Shown here piece by piece: positions 19,725 to 30,876 of a DNA stretch of 64,000 nt. A model generated the notes under the pieces. The model ran no database searches. It was not told where the DNA came from and worked only from the letters and a program-made list of their open reading frames with translations. The position numbers and the translations under genes are program-made. The stretch covers positions 1 to 64,000 of the forward strand of contig JAUCBJ010007250.1 of the NCBI GenBank assembly GCA_032718475.1, given 5' to 3'. The DNA is from Nemertoderma westbladi. Lineage: Eukaryota > Animalia > Xenacoelomorpha. Numbering within the stretch: position 1 is the stretch's first letter; every line of letters begins with the position of its first letter.

Positions 19725-22700
19725 TTGTCGAAGCCCAAAGGGCAGACGAAACTCTCACGTCTCCTCACAACTAACTACAAACTCTGTTGTATTCCCTCTA
19801 GTAGTAATGATTATGTAACTACACCTCTAATTATGGAGAAAGGGACACAAGGAGAGCCAAGATGGGGATATGATATCCAAGAGGAGGCAGCAGCGCCATT
19901 CGAAAGATTTGGAGCCAAGGATTACACTATATTTGGTATAAAAGAATTATCGGAAAGTACAGCGAAACTCGCGAGAACTAAATATGACTCGAATGTATTA
20001 AAGAGAAGGCAAAACGCATTAAACGAAAGAATCGAAAGTTTGCGCCAAACCTTCAACGAACTTTACCCGTACGATGCTTTGTGTGACACGGGAGACATTA
20101 GCGAAGACCCCGATACTGAAATTAGTCGTTTGTATCATACCATGCAATACCTAAAGGCGCATGAACCTATGCCTGCGGTACGCGATGAATTCGATGGAAT
20201 GCATCTTTACAGACGAACTCGAGGGGACGATAGAGAAACCAAGGAAGCATTTTCAGTTTATAAACTTTATTATCAATGCGGTTCTTGTATGCGCGAACAA
20301 CGAAATGCGATTCCGATGCGTTTGAATAAGGAAAATCCCGAACCGATATTGGCGAGGTGTTCGAATCATCAACAACTACGCTACCAGGAAGGAGGGTATC
20401 CTTTATCGAATCCATATCATTCATTTGCTATGACCGGACCAAAGGCGGGAGAAACTGTCATTTACCCACCTAAGGTTGTTGAACCCGATGTATTTGAACT
20501 TACGCTGGACGAGGCGAATCAGTCAACCCGCGAAAAGAAAGAAGCTCTTAGCCTATACAGAGCCTACAAGGCTTTCGAGAAAGGTGAGATGGAAGAATGG
20601 GGTGGAAGACTCGCGAGCCTACCTTGCCATTGGACGTCACACGATCAAACTTCAGCTAAGGAGATGACACCGGAAGTTTTCGAGAGCATAAACTTTGCTC
20701 AAAACGTTATTCAGAGATTACAGATTGCATCCCCGGAGAGGCCAAGAGAAATGCAACCGTATAGTACTTCAACTACGAAACCATTGAGTACGACACTCAA
20801 TTTCCCTATTAGTATACCAGTCCGACAGGATACGACGTACGAAATACCCATCGTGGATCATCCAGAAATCATTTCAAACTTGGAGTTTCTTCCTGCAGTT
20901 GTTTTCAGCGATATGAGTAAGATATATGATTTGCGTAGACATATTACTCAAAAGGTCGTGAACAACGTTCCACCTCATATTCAAGATTTTAAGGAACTGG
21001 ATAGAGCTGGTGCCGACATAGCTCCGAGTAATCTGAAAGGATATCTAACCAAGACGATTCGTTTATGGATTGGAATCGGAACCTTCGAGTCGGATACGGA
21101 TATTGCCGCAGATTGGCGAGGTAAGGTTATTCGTTTCGATGAGGATAAGGATATAGAGAAGATTTGGCAACCTTCGGAAGAATTGTTGGATGAATGGACT
21201 AGGACGTTTAGATCGTTTCAGGAAAACGGTTATATGTTTTACGATAACGAGGGCGGCAGTCATCAGCAGAGTTTGACTTCTAAGACTATACAGATTAGAG
21301 CGGCGGACGGAGTCCTGCACGTTTTCAGTAGACAGAGGAGCGACAAACGAATGCCGATACCTCCAGCGAATACAAAGCGACACCATCTTATCACCGATAT
21401 AGTAAAGAAGATGGACCAAGCTTGTAATATTGACGCTAGAATGCTACCGAAGATGGTAAGAAACATGATTTTAGATAAAACTGTTGTAAAGGTTGGATCA
21501 GGAGTAAGGGAGGATTTAATTAGCGACTTCGTTGGCATGACGGACAGCGATGACCGACTACCGACACCATACGTCGACACTCGACCTCTTATTCTGTGGT
21601 CTATAGAACAGGGATATTTTCGTGAGTATAATACTCAGAAGACTGGAACTGGATACATTTCCTACCTGTTATTCAATTGGGATTATAAGGAAGGTAAAAG
21701 AAACAAGTATATTGAAACTTATGGAGAAGGTGATACTCCAGATATGAGTGAGTTTGAATCACAGCTTAAATGGAGAGGATGCGTGTATTGGGCTATTACG
21801 TCACCTCCAAGAGCGGTCTTACAATATTATTTAGCGATAGAGTCGTCAGTGAATGTTTGCCTAATCGCCGACATCGTGTCTCGGACTCTCAAAAGACATC
21901 CACTTTGTCTCGGAGAAGATCATACGTTCTACATGGAAGGGAGAATTCGTACCGACGTGTTTAGACGATTCCTTGAACCCTTCTACAACTCCGACGCTCA
22001 GTGCAATGCCTTTACTCGAGCAGGATTTAGTATATTTCGAGACGTGTATCTTCGCTGTGCGGGATCTCTTATCGAAAGACCATCTATGTTTACACTGTTA
22101 CCCTATGAAGGAGAACGTATCGTGGAGATTACGGATGAATCACGGCAGACGCGCGCGCCTATCGGTCACCTTGGTGATGAATTCGAAGTAACTACTACGA
22201 TCGCCGACGATCCTTTAGAGGAACTTCTTGAGATAGAAAGGAACCTCCCGAAGAAATCTCAGACGGAGATTCGACAACTTGAAGCAACAGATGCTATAGT
22301 TTGCCTACAACCTTCAGAAACCTACCAACCCATAGACCCAGATGATTACGATTATAGTATGGGAGGAAGCGCTCGACCGATTGGAGATCTTATATACGAA
22401 CGAGTGTGGTACCCTGCTAATACGATGTGTAGTAAATGTGGCGTCGCTGGACATCATATGGCAAAGTGCAGTGGAAAGCACATTACTACGACTCAGCTAA
22501 TCTGTGGATGGTGTGGGGATCAAGGGTCTCATACCTTTTATACTTGCTGGAGATTTATGGCTCAATGTACTTACTGCAATATAAAGGGACATCGAGCATC
22601 TGAATGCCAACTGAGAGACATACCTTATGAACATGAATCTGTAAAACTCGTGAGGAAGTTATTTGATGAGTGGGAAGATTTGGCCGACGAACATGTATCG

Positions 22701-23558
22701 GCACAGAGAAGACGGTTTCCGATGAGAGCGCATCTCGGATTTTGGGCGGTAAATCCCCAGACGATGATGTCGGAAGGATACATCTCCGCTATGCCCCAAT
22801 ATGACGAACTTATCGAGGTTGTTGATATTTTGCCCCACGACAGCGGATTCCGAGTGGTGCGTGAGTATCTGTTACAGATTCACCCAGATAACAAAAACAC
22901 GTGGAATTTTCAGAAAGTCGTAAATCGTATCACGTATGGTGAATTTGATCGTTTCCGAACCGAAAAGCGGAATAAAGGAGCTTGGTTAACCGTCGCATGG
23001 GCGTACCGAGCCGCGTTTTACCATAAACGTATACGAGCGAGCGTATTCGAGGAAGAAGAGGTCCTAGAGGCGACGAATATATCAGCCACTCCGGTTGCGC
23101 CGTCTGCACGTCACCCTCGGGAGGACGGGCAGGGTAGGATCATACGGGTCCAGAAAGTGGGCCAACAATTGAAGAAAATTATTAATGTGGAAGAACGCAA
23201 GGGAGTTGAGCCGACTATTCGAGTTACTCGGGATACGGTATCACTTCCAAGAGAACCGGTAGGAGGATCGGGACATACACCAGCTGATCAACAGGGGGCG
23301 CAAGCTACTCTTGGGTCTGCGTCGTCCACTCCTCGCGCGTTCCCAGACGTTCTACCAACTGTAGCGACAACTGATCGGTCACGAGGAATTGGTCGAGGTT
23401 TTGGGATGCCAAATAGACGAATTTGCGAGGAAATAGTCGCACCGTCTCTCAACGTCCCAAGTAAACCAGTGACTCGCCCCAATAGTCCCATATCGCGAGC
23501 AAAGTCACCTGTGCGCAGTTTTCGAGGACGCGGCAGGGCTCGATCTACTAAGCGATAA
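19725..23558 (+). CDS. ORF2 of element A: DnaQ/DEDDy-like 3'-5' exonuclease domain plus three zinc knuckles (first ATG at 19833)
   Basis: ExoI FYDNEG (D 21243, E 21249) followed by TIQI; ExoII LPKMVRNMILDKTVVKVGSGVRED (D 21513); YVDT; ExoIII-like YLAIE (21828-21842). CCHC-type knuckles at 22428-22607. No signal peptide or TM segment, so not env. Confidence 0.8.
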   Translation: MSKPKGQTKLSRLLTTNYKLCCIPSSSNDYVTTPLIMEKGTQGEPRWGYDIQEEAAAPFERFGAKDYTIFGIKELSESTAKLARTKYDSNVLKRRQNALNERIESLRQTFNELYPYDALCDTGDISEDPDTEISRLYHTMQYLKAHEPMPAVRDEFDGMHLYRRTRGDDRETKEAFSVYKLYYQCGSCMREQRNAIPMRLNKENPEPILARCSNHQQLRYQEGGYPLSNPYHSFAMTGPKAGETVIYPPKVVEPDVFELTLDEANQSTREKKEALSLYRAYKAFEKGEMEEWGGRLASLPCHWTSHDQTSAKEMTPEVFESINFAQNVIQRLQIASPERPREMQPYSTSTTKPLSTTLNFPISIPVRQDTTYEIPIVDHPEIISNLEFLPAVVFSDMSKIYDLRRHITQKVVNNVPPHIQDFKELDRAGADIAPSNLKGYLTKTIRLWIGIGTFESDTDIAADWRGKVIRFDEDKDIEKIWQPSEELLDEWTRTFRSFQENGYMFYDNEGGSHQQSLTSKTIQIRAADGVLHVFSRQRSDKRMPIPPANTKRHHLITDIVKKMDQACNIDARMLPKMVRNMILDKTVVKVGSGVREDLISDFVGMTDSDDRLPTPYVDTRPLILWSIEQGYFREYNTQKTGTGYISYLLFNWDYKEGKRNKYIETYGEGDTPDMSEFESQLKWRGCVYWAITSPPRAVLQYYLAIESSVNVCLIADIVSRTLKRHPLCLGEDHTFYMEGRIRTDVFRRFLEPFYNSDAQCNAFTRAGFSIFRDVYLRCAGSLIERPSMFTLLPYEGERIVEITDESRQTRAPIGHLGDEFEVTTTIADDPLEELLEIERNLPKKSQTEIRQLEATDAIVCLQPSETYQPIDPDDYDYSMGGSARPIGDLIYERVWYPANTMCSKCGVAGHHMAKCSGKHITTTQLICGWCGDQGSHTFYTCWRFMAQCTYCNIKGHRASECQLRDIPYEHESVKLVRKLFDEWEDLADEHVSAQRRRFPMRAHLGFWAVNPQTMMSEGYISAMPQYDELIEVVDILPHDSGFRVVREYLLQIHPDNKNTWNFQKVVNRITYGEFDRFRTEKRNKGAWLTVAWAYRAAFYHKRIRASVFEEEEVLEATNISATPVAPSARHPREDGQGRIIRVQKVGQQLKKIINVEERKGVEPTIRVTRDTVSLPREPVGGSGHTPADQQGAQATLGSASSTPRAFPDVLPTVATTDRSRGIGRGFGMPNRRICEEIVAPSLNVPSKPVTRPNSPISRAKSPVRSFRGRGRARSTKR

Positions 23559-23599
23559 AAGGGAGGGCAAGGGTGGACGGAAGACTCGTGGGCCTTTCT

Positions 23600-24400
23600 T
23601 ATGATTTGTGATTTATTTTGAATTATATGTTTTATATTTAGAAAACTTATGCAATTTGTATTGTTCCGAATTTATGAAATTTAGAAAGTTTATATTTAGA
23701 AGGAACTTATATTTGAAAGATTTATGTTTCATATTTGAGATGCAAAAGGTTTATATTATTTTAAACTTATGCAGTTTATATTTATATTTAAGTAAAGACT
23801 TATATTTAGTAAGATTTATATTTAGTAAGAATTTATATTTTATATTTACGTGATTATTTCGAACTTATGCAATTTATATCATTCCGAACTTATGCAATTT
23901 ATATTGTTCCGGATATTATGCAATTTATAAGCAGTATTTGTATTTACAGTGAAATAGAAAGTTTTATAGATAGAAAATTTTGTGCTCAGAAAGACTCATA
24001 TTTGTAATTATTCCAAACTTATGCAATCTACATTTAGGTACGAAAGTATTTGTAATTACTTGAATTTATGCAATATTTGAGATGCAATAGTAGATGGAAG
24101 ACTCGCGAGCCTTTCTTATTGTTTTCATTTATTTGTATTTGTAATTGTTTGAATTTATGCAATATCTGAGATGCAATAGATTTATATTGGTGAATTTAAT
24201 TTAGATTTATATTGTACTTACTTAGTAAAGCCTTAACTACGTAAAGTTTGAATTTGTAATTATTTTTGTATCGAATCATTACGTAAAAAGGAAGTATTGT
24301 TTGAAATTTAATTGTAAATATGTAAGTACGCCCTAAGTATTCTATAGTTTGATTGATTATTGGTGAAAACCGTATATTTTATGCACGATAATATCCTGTT
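23600..24400 (+). repeat. AT-rich 3' UTR of A with degenerate short repeats
   Basis: Recurrent ACTTATGCAATTT(A/G)TAT and GAATTTATGCAATAT units. Confidence 0.6.
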
Positions 24401-24412
24401 TTCATGGAGCGG

Positions 24413-26333
24413 TATAGAATTATATTCCCTAAATGCCGTGGATTTTCAAAATTTTATTTTATTCGAATTAACTTTGTAAAGATTGCTTTGAGTTCTCATT
24501 AGTATTGGTTCTATCTATTATGCATCTATCGGTCAAGTGGTTCAGTAGCTCAGTCGGTAGAGCGTTGGAAATTATATGTGTAGTAGGTATCGAGTTCGAA
24601 TCCTAATAAGTGCGAATTATTTTTTGTGCAGAATTTCAACTCATTTAAATTAACCGCTACAAATTAATTGCATTTGTCTGTACCAATGAGACCGTAGTTA
24701 TTTGATTGTAACCAATGTCGTGCAAGTTATATATTAGCTGGACCAATAGCTATCTTTAAAACCTTGTTAGAATCTATAGAACAATCGAGAATTTTCTCGA
24801 TTGATTGCGGCACAAATTTAGTATATAAAGGTGCGATTTCGTTCATTAGTATACTTACACAAACTAATTCAATCCATCATTCACTTTCTGTCTTATTTCA
24901 GATTACATTGTTTATTGTATAATAGTTATTATATCTTTTGTAATAAAAGTCAGAAATACTAGTCACATCTCAGCCCTTTTCTATCTGTTTTACTATGGTT
25001 TCACTACGGTGAACAAACTCAGGGACAGGATGGCCGGCTAGAGATCGGGCCGCAGCAATGAACGGGAACATCACGGGAATGTAGACGAGAGACAACCCGC
25101 AATACCATCTTAGAGTTATTCGCCCATCGCCTGAAAGGTTAGACAGCGTTCGATCCTTGCTACCTAAGTGTAAGACCAAAAGATCAAAGGTAGACGTAGT
25201 GACGCGCTGTAAGCCCAAAATTACATCATAAGGACTGTACTGTCTTGATTCAGGAAAACCCACAGTAGACCTTCACATTCCTACGGGGGGAGGGAGAGAG
25301 AGCAGATACTAGTACGCAGATAGGACGTAGGCACACCGGTACAAGGCATACACATTGGTTAGGGTGCAGCAAACTGTACGCTTAACTCTTGCTAAGTACA
25401 GGTGTGTGTGCGACTATTTGCCGTACAACAGTGTCCATTACATCAGAACTTGTAGGCTAGGGGGTTGCTGTGTTTTCACCTGAATTGGGATTGTACCGTT
25501 CAGGCGGTAGGGCAGTTTACGCTAGGCGCAAATAAATTGAGGCTATCAGGGATATACTAACATCTACCGTGTCCCCGCCAACGCCCTAATAGGAAGTTAC
25601 CCGGACTACCTGGGTGACTAAAATTCTAGATAGGAGCCAGGATAGCTATTAGTACCCGTACGCCTACAGTAGTAAACTAACACATCTCTTCTTAGTATCA
25701 GGGACCTGGTACCTAAAATTGCCGAATTCTGGGCGTAGTATTAACCTTATGCCTGAATTTGAGTCCTGGAAATACGCAAGAGGGGAAGGAACCTTATCAT
25801 TCGTGAGTATTGGACCTACAAGTTATAAAATTAGAATATTCGTAAAATGCACACCGTACCCAGTAATTATATATGTGAAGGAGCAAAACTGTTTTTTGAC
25901 CGTTCAGAATTAACACACGCGCGTTAGAAATTATTTACACCTCGAAATATATAAAATTAACTTAGTCCGTACTGTGCTTTGCCCGCTAGTTAGACATCTC
26001 CAAATCTGCTCTATACCTAGCTAGCGTCCCTTTGCCCAACCATATAAATCACACCGCGGCAAAGTATACGAGCCTCTTAGTCCGTCAGTGAGTCAGCCTG
26101 ATTTTAGGATTCGCTGCGCGGGATTTTGTTTTATCGAAGTTTGTCTGCTCGTAGACTGTTTTCTGCCTCACCGGTTATAAGAGATCGATACTGCAATATA
26201 TTCGCTTACTTAGGGTTTACTGTTTTGGTGAGAAGGTCGGATTTATGATTTGATTTACAAACTTTACAGTAGGATATTGCAGGTATTGTTACCGTCTCTT
26301 CCGATAGTAGGAATAGGCGTATCTCTTCAATTA
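24413..26333 (+). repeat. 3' LTR of element A
   Basis: Direct repeat of 7386-9306. Confidence 0.96.
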
Positions 26334-28340
26334 GAGACATTGTGGACCTTGATACCATTCCAAAACGTAGTCGTTGTCACTGCTCCTGGGCTCTGTGGGT
26401 TGAATCTCCTCGGATTCTAAGCAAATTAGTTCGTCTTCCAATTGCATAGCTGAGGTAGGTGTAGCTGTCTCCTCAAGCGAACCCACTGTTTGAACTTCCA
26501 CAATAGAATAACCTGTGGGGATTCGGGGTCTTTGTATAACAGAGGAATGTAAATTCTGTATACAAACGTCCTTGAAAATGGCGAATCCAGCGCTGTGTAA
26601 CTTCTCAGCAGCTGAGTCTCTTAGGCTGAGCTTGGTCAGAGCGCGGTCCTTGAACTGACTATCAACGTTACGGAACGGAGTCAGAAAGCGCCTAAAGCAT
26701 TCGAAGCGGATGAATTGATTGTGTTCATCTAGCTTGGCGAGTTTGGTTCCAAGTAACAAGGGATGGGCGCGTATAGTACGACTGCACACATTGGCTAGCC
26801 AACCGGCAAGTGCGGCGTTCTCGAAGATAGTGTATATAGCTAATGAGGGACGAAGTGGAACACTCATGAAGCTATAAACAACGCCAGGTGCGGTCAATGG
26901 TCTGTCGAAGTATAATCGAGAATAATGATCTCCATATACTTGTTGATAGTTGATAGGGTTTCCGACTTTGAAATTCCATCCGTATTCTTGAAAGGCAAGA
27001 TGTCTGATGGAGGTTCGTTGTACTTTATTGATGCCGCTGGATGTATTGGCATACATAGTGTGGAAGAAACCTCGGCCTTCTGCCCAGGGAGCAATCAGCT
27101 GGGTGTCTACGAAAGGATATGGGATATTCTCCATATTCCTGTTGTATTCCTAATATGTCTTCCATTGATGGTAGAGAGCAGGGGAAAGCCTATGTCGTAT
27201 TCAGAAATATTCATAAATACGATCTCAGTAGGAGGATTCAACATTCGAAGACCATCTCCAAATGAATTTATCCCCAATCATTAAGGGAGGTGAACAACCA
27301 GATTTATGACACATAATGGTACCAGCTGTTCACAGACTATCCGCGTGTCCTTTCAGTCCTTGTATCACGGTCGTGGACTTGAGGAAATTAGGGGTGGTTG
27401 ATTATCTAATCAACAACAAGAGGAGTAGTGGTTGATACTATGAATATCAACACAATGGTACAGGGACAGGAGGTGCGGACACCAATATAAGCATCCAAAT
27501 AAACAGTAAGGGATGGGGAGGTTTAGTAGGAGCGGTACGATCAATACCACGACACCACTATGATTGATCGATCATCTCCCAAAAGCGCCGAGTGTGTTGG
27601 GAAGAGAAGATGGGAAGAAGAGGGTTTCTCTATCAACGTCTTGTATCCTCGATATCGATAGATAGAGGGAGAATAGTAGTAGGGAGGAGGAAGTATATGC
27701 GTGTAGTATCTATAAGATACCACAATGGACATGTTTTCCCTTTACGTCATTACTCATTCTTACTCTTTGATTGTGACACTGATCACAATAATTGCAGGAA
27801 GAGGATGAAGTAAGAGGAAATTACAGCCTCCCGAAGGAGACCGTCCGCGAGCACCCGCGCCCCGGGGAAAACTATTCACATTATGGACCCTGGACATTAA
27901 TGTATGGTTTTTCTCCAGATGGTTCTCCTCTACTTGTCTTTACAAACATTCTTCCACATTCTCTCTTTCGATTTCGAATAGAATTTTCGTGTTCGATTCT
28001 CAGTTTATCGTTCCGACTCCGCTGGGTATGATATTTAAATAGGATCATTTCCCTTTCGGTGTCTACATCGTCCGTATCGTGTAAATCGATAGGATGACCA
28101 GTAGTTAAGAAGTCCATATACGTACCATTACGATGCGTATAGCAAGCGGTGAATTTTCTATAGTCCAATTCACGCGTGAGCTGTCCTTTGACATTGGCGG
28201 TTCGATATAACGGCCATCATCCTCCGTAGTGGGTTGACTAGCATCGCCGCGTATTAAACCGCAATATCAACAAATGCTTGCAATGGTAGGGTATATCGCT
28301 CCCTGATACCAAGATCATCTTCTATCAACTCAGCCATAGC
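26334..28340 (-). pseudogene. Central and N-terminal part of element B ORF2 (exonuclease-like homologue of A ORF2), decayed upstream of 27134
   Basis: PYPFVDTQ, YTIFE, VCSRTIRAHPLLLG, FRRFLTPF and AGFAIFKDV align with A ORF2 PTPYVDTR, YLAIE, IVSRTLKRHPLCLG, FRRFLEPF and AGFSIFRDV. The upstream boundary is uncertain. Confidence 0.8.
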
Positions 28341-29161
28341 TGCTATATGAGTTTATCAATATTATAATTAATTATAATTTAGGCTAGCGGTCGTCGCTGC
28401 CTCCCCCTCAATGCCCCCGGACAGCGCAAGATCCTCAGCGCTGATGTACTGTCACCGCTGTGCCTCTCGCCAACGTAGTAGCTACACAACGACAACAATA
28501 ACCAGCGCGAGTCACTCCACTGTCCGTCCCAAGGGCTTAGAATTACTTCAGGTTCTTGCTACAGAGGTAGGGCAACTTTCACAACTGCGACTCGCTACTG
28601 TAAACACACTTTAGTAGTAACATTCACCTATAAACGCACAAATTCCACACAACTGTCACAAATTGTACATATTCGGGCCATTTGTCCGTTAGTCAAGTGC
28701 CTTCCAGAATGCCATGTTATTATTATGTATCCCTGGATACTAGCAGTGTGCTATTTATTCCGTATGTTATTCAATGGGGCAAGCTTTCTATTGTTCTTTT
28801 AACTCGCTTCTAATTCTAGCGTGGTTGTTGCTATGGTGACATTATATGGAAAGCTAGCAGTAGAATTAGGGTAATTCTCATGCATACAGATCTGGGATGC
28901 TATTTAATAGTAATTCTTTAATTGTCAATATTCCCCTTTATACATGATTTTATGAATTTTATCGGCTATTGACTAGATATTGGAGATTCTCGCACACTAA
29001 TATACTTAATAGGGTGAATCTCCGCTCCCATGATCTATTAATTAATGGAATTTTGGGAATGTTATAAATTGTATAAAATGACAATTTATCAAATTCATGA
29101 GAGGATATGAATTTAAATTTATTTCCGTAAATTTTATTATTTAATATTAAAATAGACACAA

Positions 29162-29522
29162 TTTTATTCCAGAACATGTCTGGGGACTAAGATCCTTAAT
29201 TCTAGGGAATTTGTCCTTTTTAAGAGTATCGGTAAGTGCTATGATATCTTAATCGACAAGAATTTTAAAGGACCTGAATCCCAACAGATCTGGACCTATA
29301 GATTTTTTTTTCGGCTTACAAACTCCTTAGAGTCTATTTGTCTGCATTTACTCCATTATAACATTTGTTTTAATAGATTTTTGTAAATATTAAATAGTTA
29401 ATATTTAAGATGGGCACCGATTTATTCCAGAACTTGTCTGGGGACGTTAACCACTGATTCTAGAATTTTGTCTTTCAAGTATATCGGTGGGTGACGCGAT
29501 ATCTTAATCGACTAGAATTACA
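29162..29522. repeat. Two ~105-bp diverged direct repeats between pol and ORF2 of B
   Basis: TTTATTCCAGAAC(A/T)TGTCTGGGGAC...GATATCTTAATCGAC at ~29163 and ~29421. Confidence 0.7.
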
Positions 29523-30039
29523 GATGGTCAAAGGGTTTAACAGATTTATTTTGCGTTTTACGCTACTGTTAAATGGACATCATTCTACTATATGTATTAT
29601 TTAATATACGGTATGAGAGCAATATTGTAAGAAGCAATGTCAGTAAGAAGAGGCAAGTCGTTTCCAAGGTCTACCCAGAGCTTGGTTTAGCAGAGACACA
29701 AGGATCTGAACTTTGCATTCCTAATACTCTACTTACCAATAATACTTGAGTATAGTAGGAGCTTTATTGTACTTTAATAAGTACAGACATTTCATCTTAC
29801 TGTAGTCACATATTTATAATATAATACGGACAGTAAGGAAAGAGAAAAAGAATTATTTCTCGCCGTCGCACTAAATATATAATATATAAGTAATTAAGTA
29901 ATAAACGCGAATATATATTGCACTAATCTACTAGATAATCGCTAAAATAACATTCTACTAAATAAAATTAAAGAAAACGATTATAATAAAATTACATAAT
30001 AATACATACATAAATATAAAATAATAAAAACAAATATAA

Positions 30040-30812
30040 AATATAGTCACACAAACACTCCAGCTGTTGTTAAGTTAGGGAGTCCCTAGATGTTTGTTGG
30101 ATTAGGGAGGTGGTCGTGGGAAGAGTATCTTGCCTTCCATAGTTTCCGGAGAGTTCTCTGTCTCTTTCCAGTAAACATAAACGACCAACTGGGCGATTGA
30201 GCTGCTGTGTCTCGATGACAATTCCAGGTTTCCTCTTCGTCCTGGAATAGTGACGATAGAAACATCGCTTCAAATACGCAACGGCCTTACAAAGCCGATT
30301 CCAGGATCTATAGTGGTCCATCGCTCCCGGCAGGAGAGGTGAGAGTCCCGGCGAGACGTCTGGTGTTACAGATCTCCATGCTCTCTCTCTGATCTCCACA
30401 ACAGATCGGTTCGCGGTGGGGGAGTTTAGATCCACAGTGTCGTCCCTGGCAATGTGTAATACAGACAGATCTATCACGGGTTTAAATAACCTTGATTTAC
30501 TCGTCCGGGTTTTAGGTTTGAGTTTCTCCGCTCCCTTGGCTTGTCTAATCTCAGCCGTGGTAAGATGGGGAGGCCATTCATCTTCTTTACTTAGGAAGTT
30601 GGGTCCACCTAACCAGTCTGGAGTATCTGTCAGTTCTTGAGGAGTTGCTCCTCTGGAAGCGACATCAGCTAGATTAATCGTCTCGGGACAATGTCTCCAT
30701 TGATCTACATTGGAGTTAATATCGTCATTATCTGAGGAGTATGGCGTTCCCTCAGTTGGGTCGTCTACCTCACTGCTCTCCGCTTCCCATTCACTTACTT
30801 GGTATACCCGTT
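30040..30812 (-). pseudogene. Internally deleted mosaic duplicate of B pol
   Basis: 30066-30232 matches 30877-31040, 30233-30712 matches 32440-32925, and 30716-30810 matches 34686-34780. Confidence 0.8.
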
Positions 30813-30876
30813 CAAAAAAAAACCGTTCGTTTAAAAAATATAAAATAATGTAGTCACATACCCACTCCAGACGCTG

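Larger units (their letters stand above)
7386..26333 (+). mobile_element. Intact BEL/Pao LTR retrotransposon A (~18.9 kb, two ORFs)
   Basis: 1921-bp LTRs at 7386-9306 and 24413-26333 with only 3 differences seen. TSD GAGAC at 7381-7385 and 26334-26338. PPT GGAGCGG at 24406-24412. Open gag-pol and ORF2. Confidence 0.96.

Noticed and set aside
19725-23558. ORF2 as an envelope gene
   Set aside because: No signal peptide or transmembrane anchor. It has nuclease and zinc-knuckle motifs instead.
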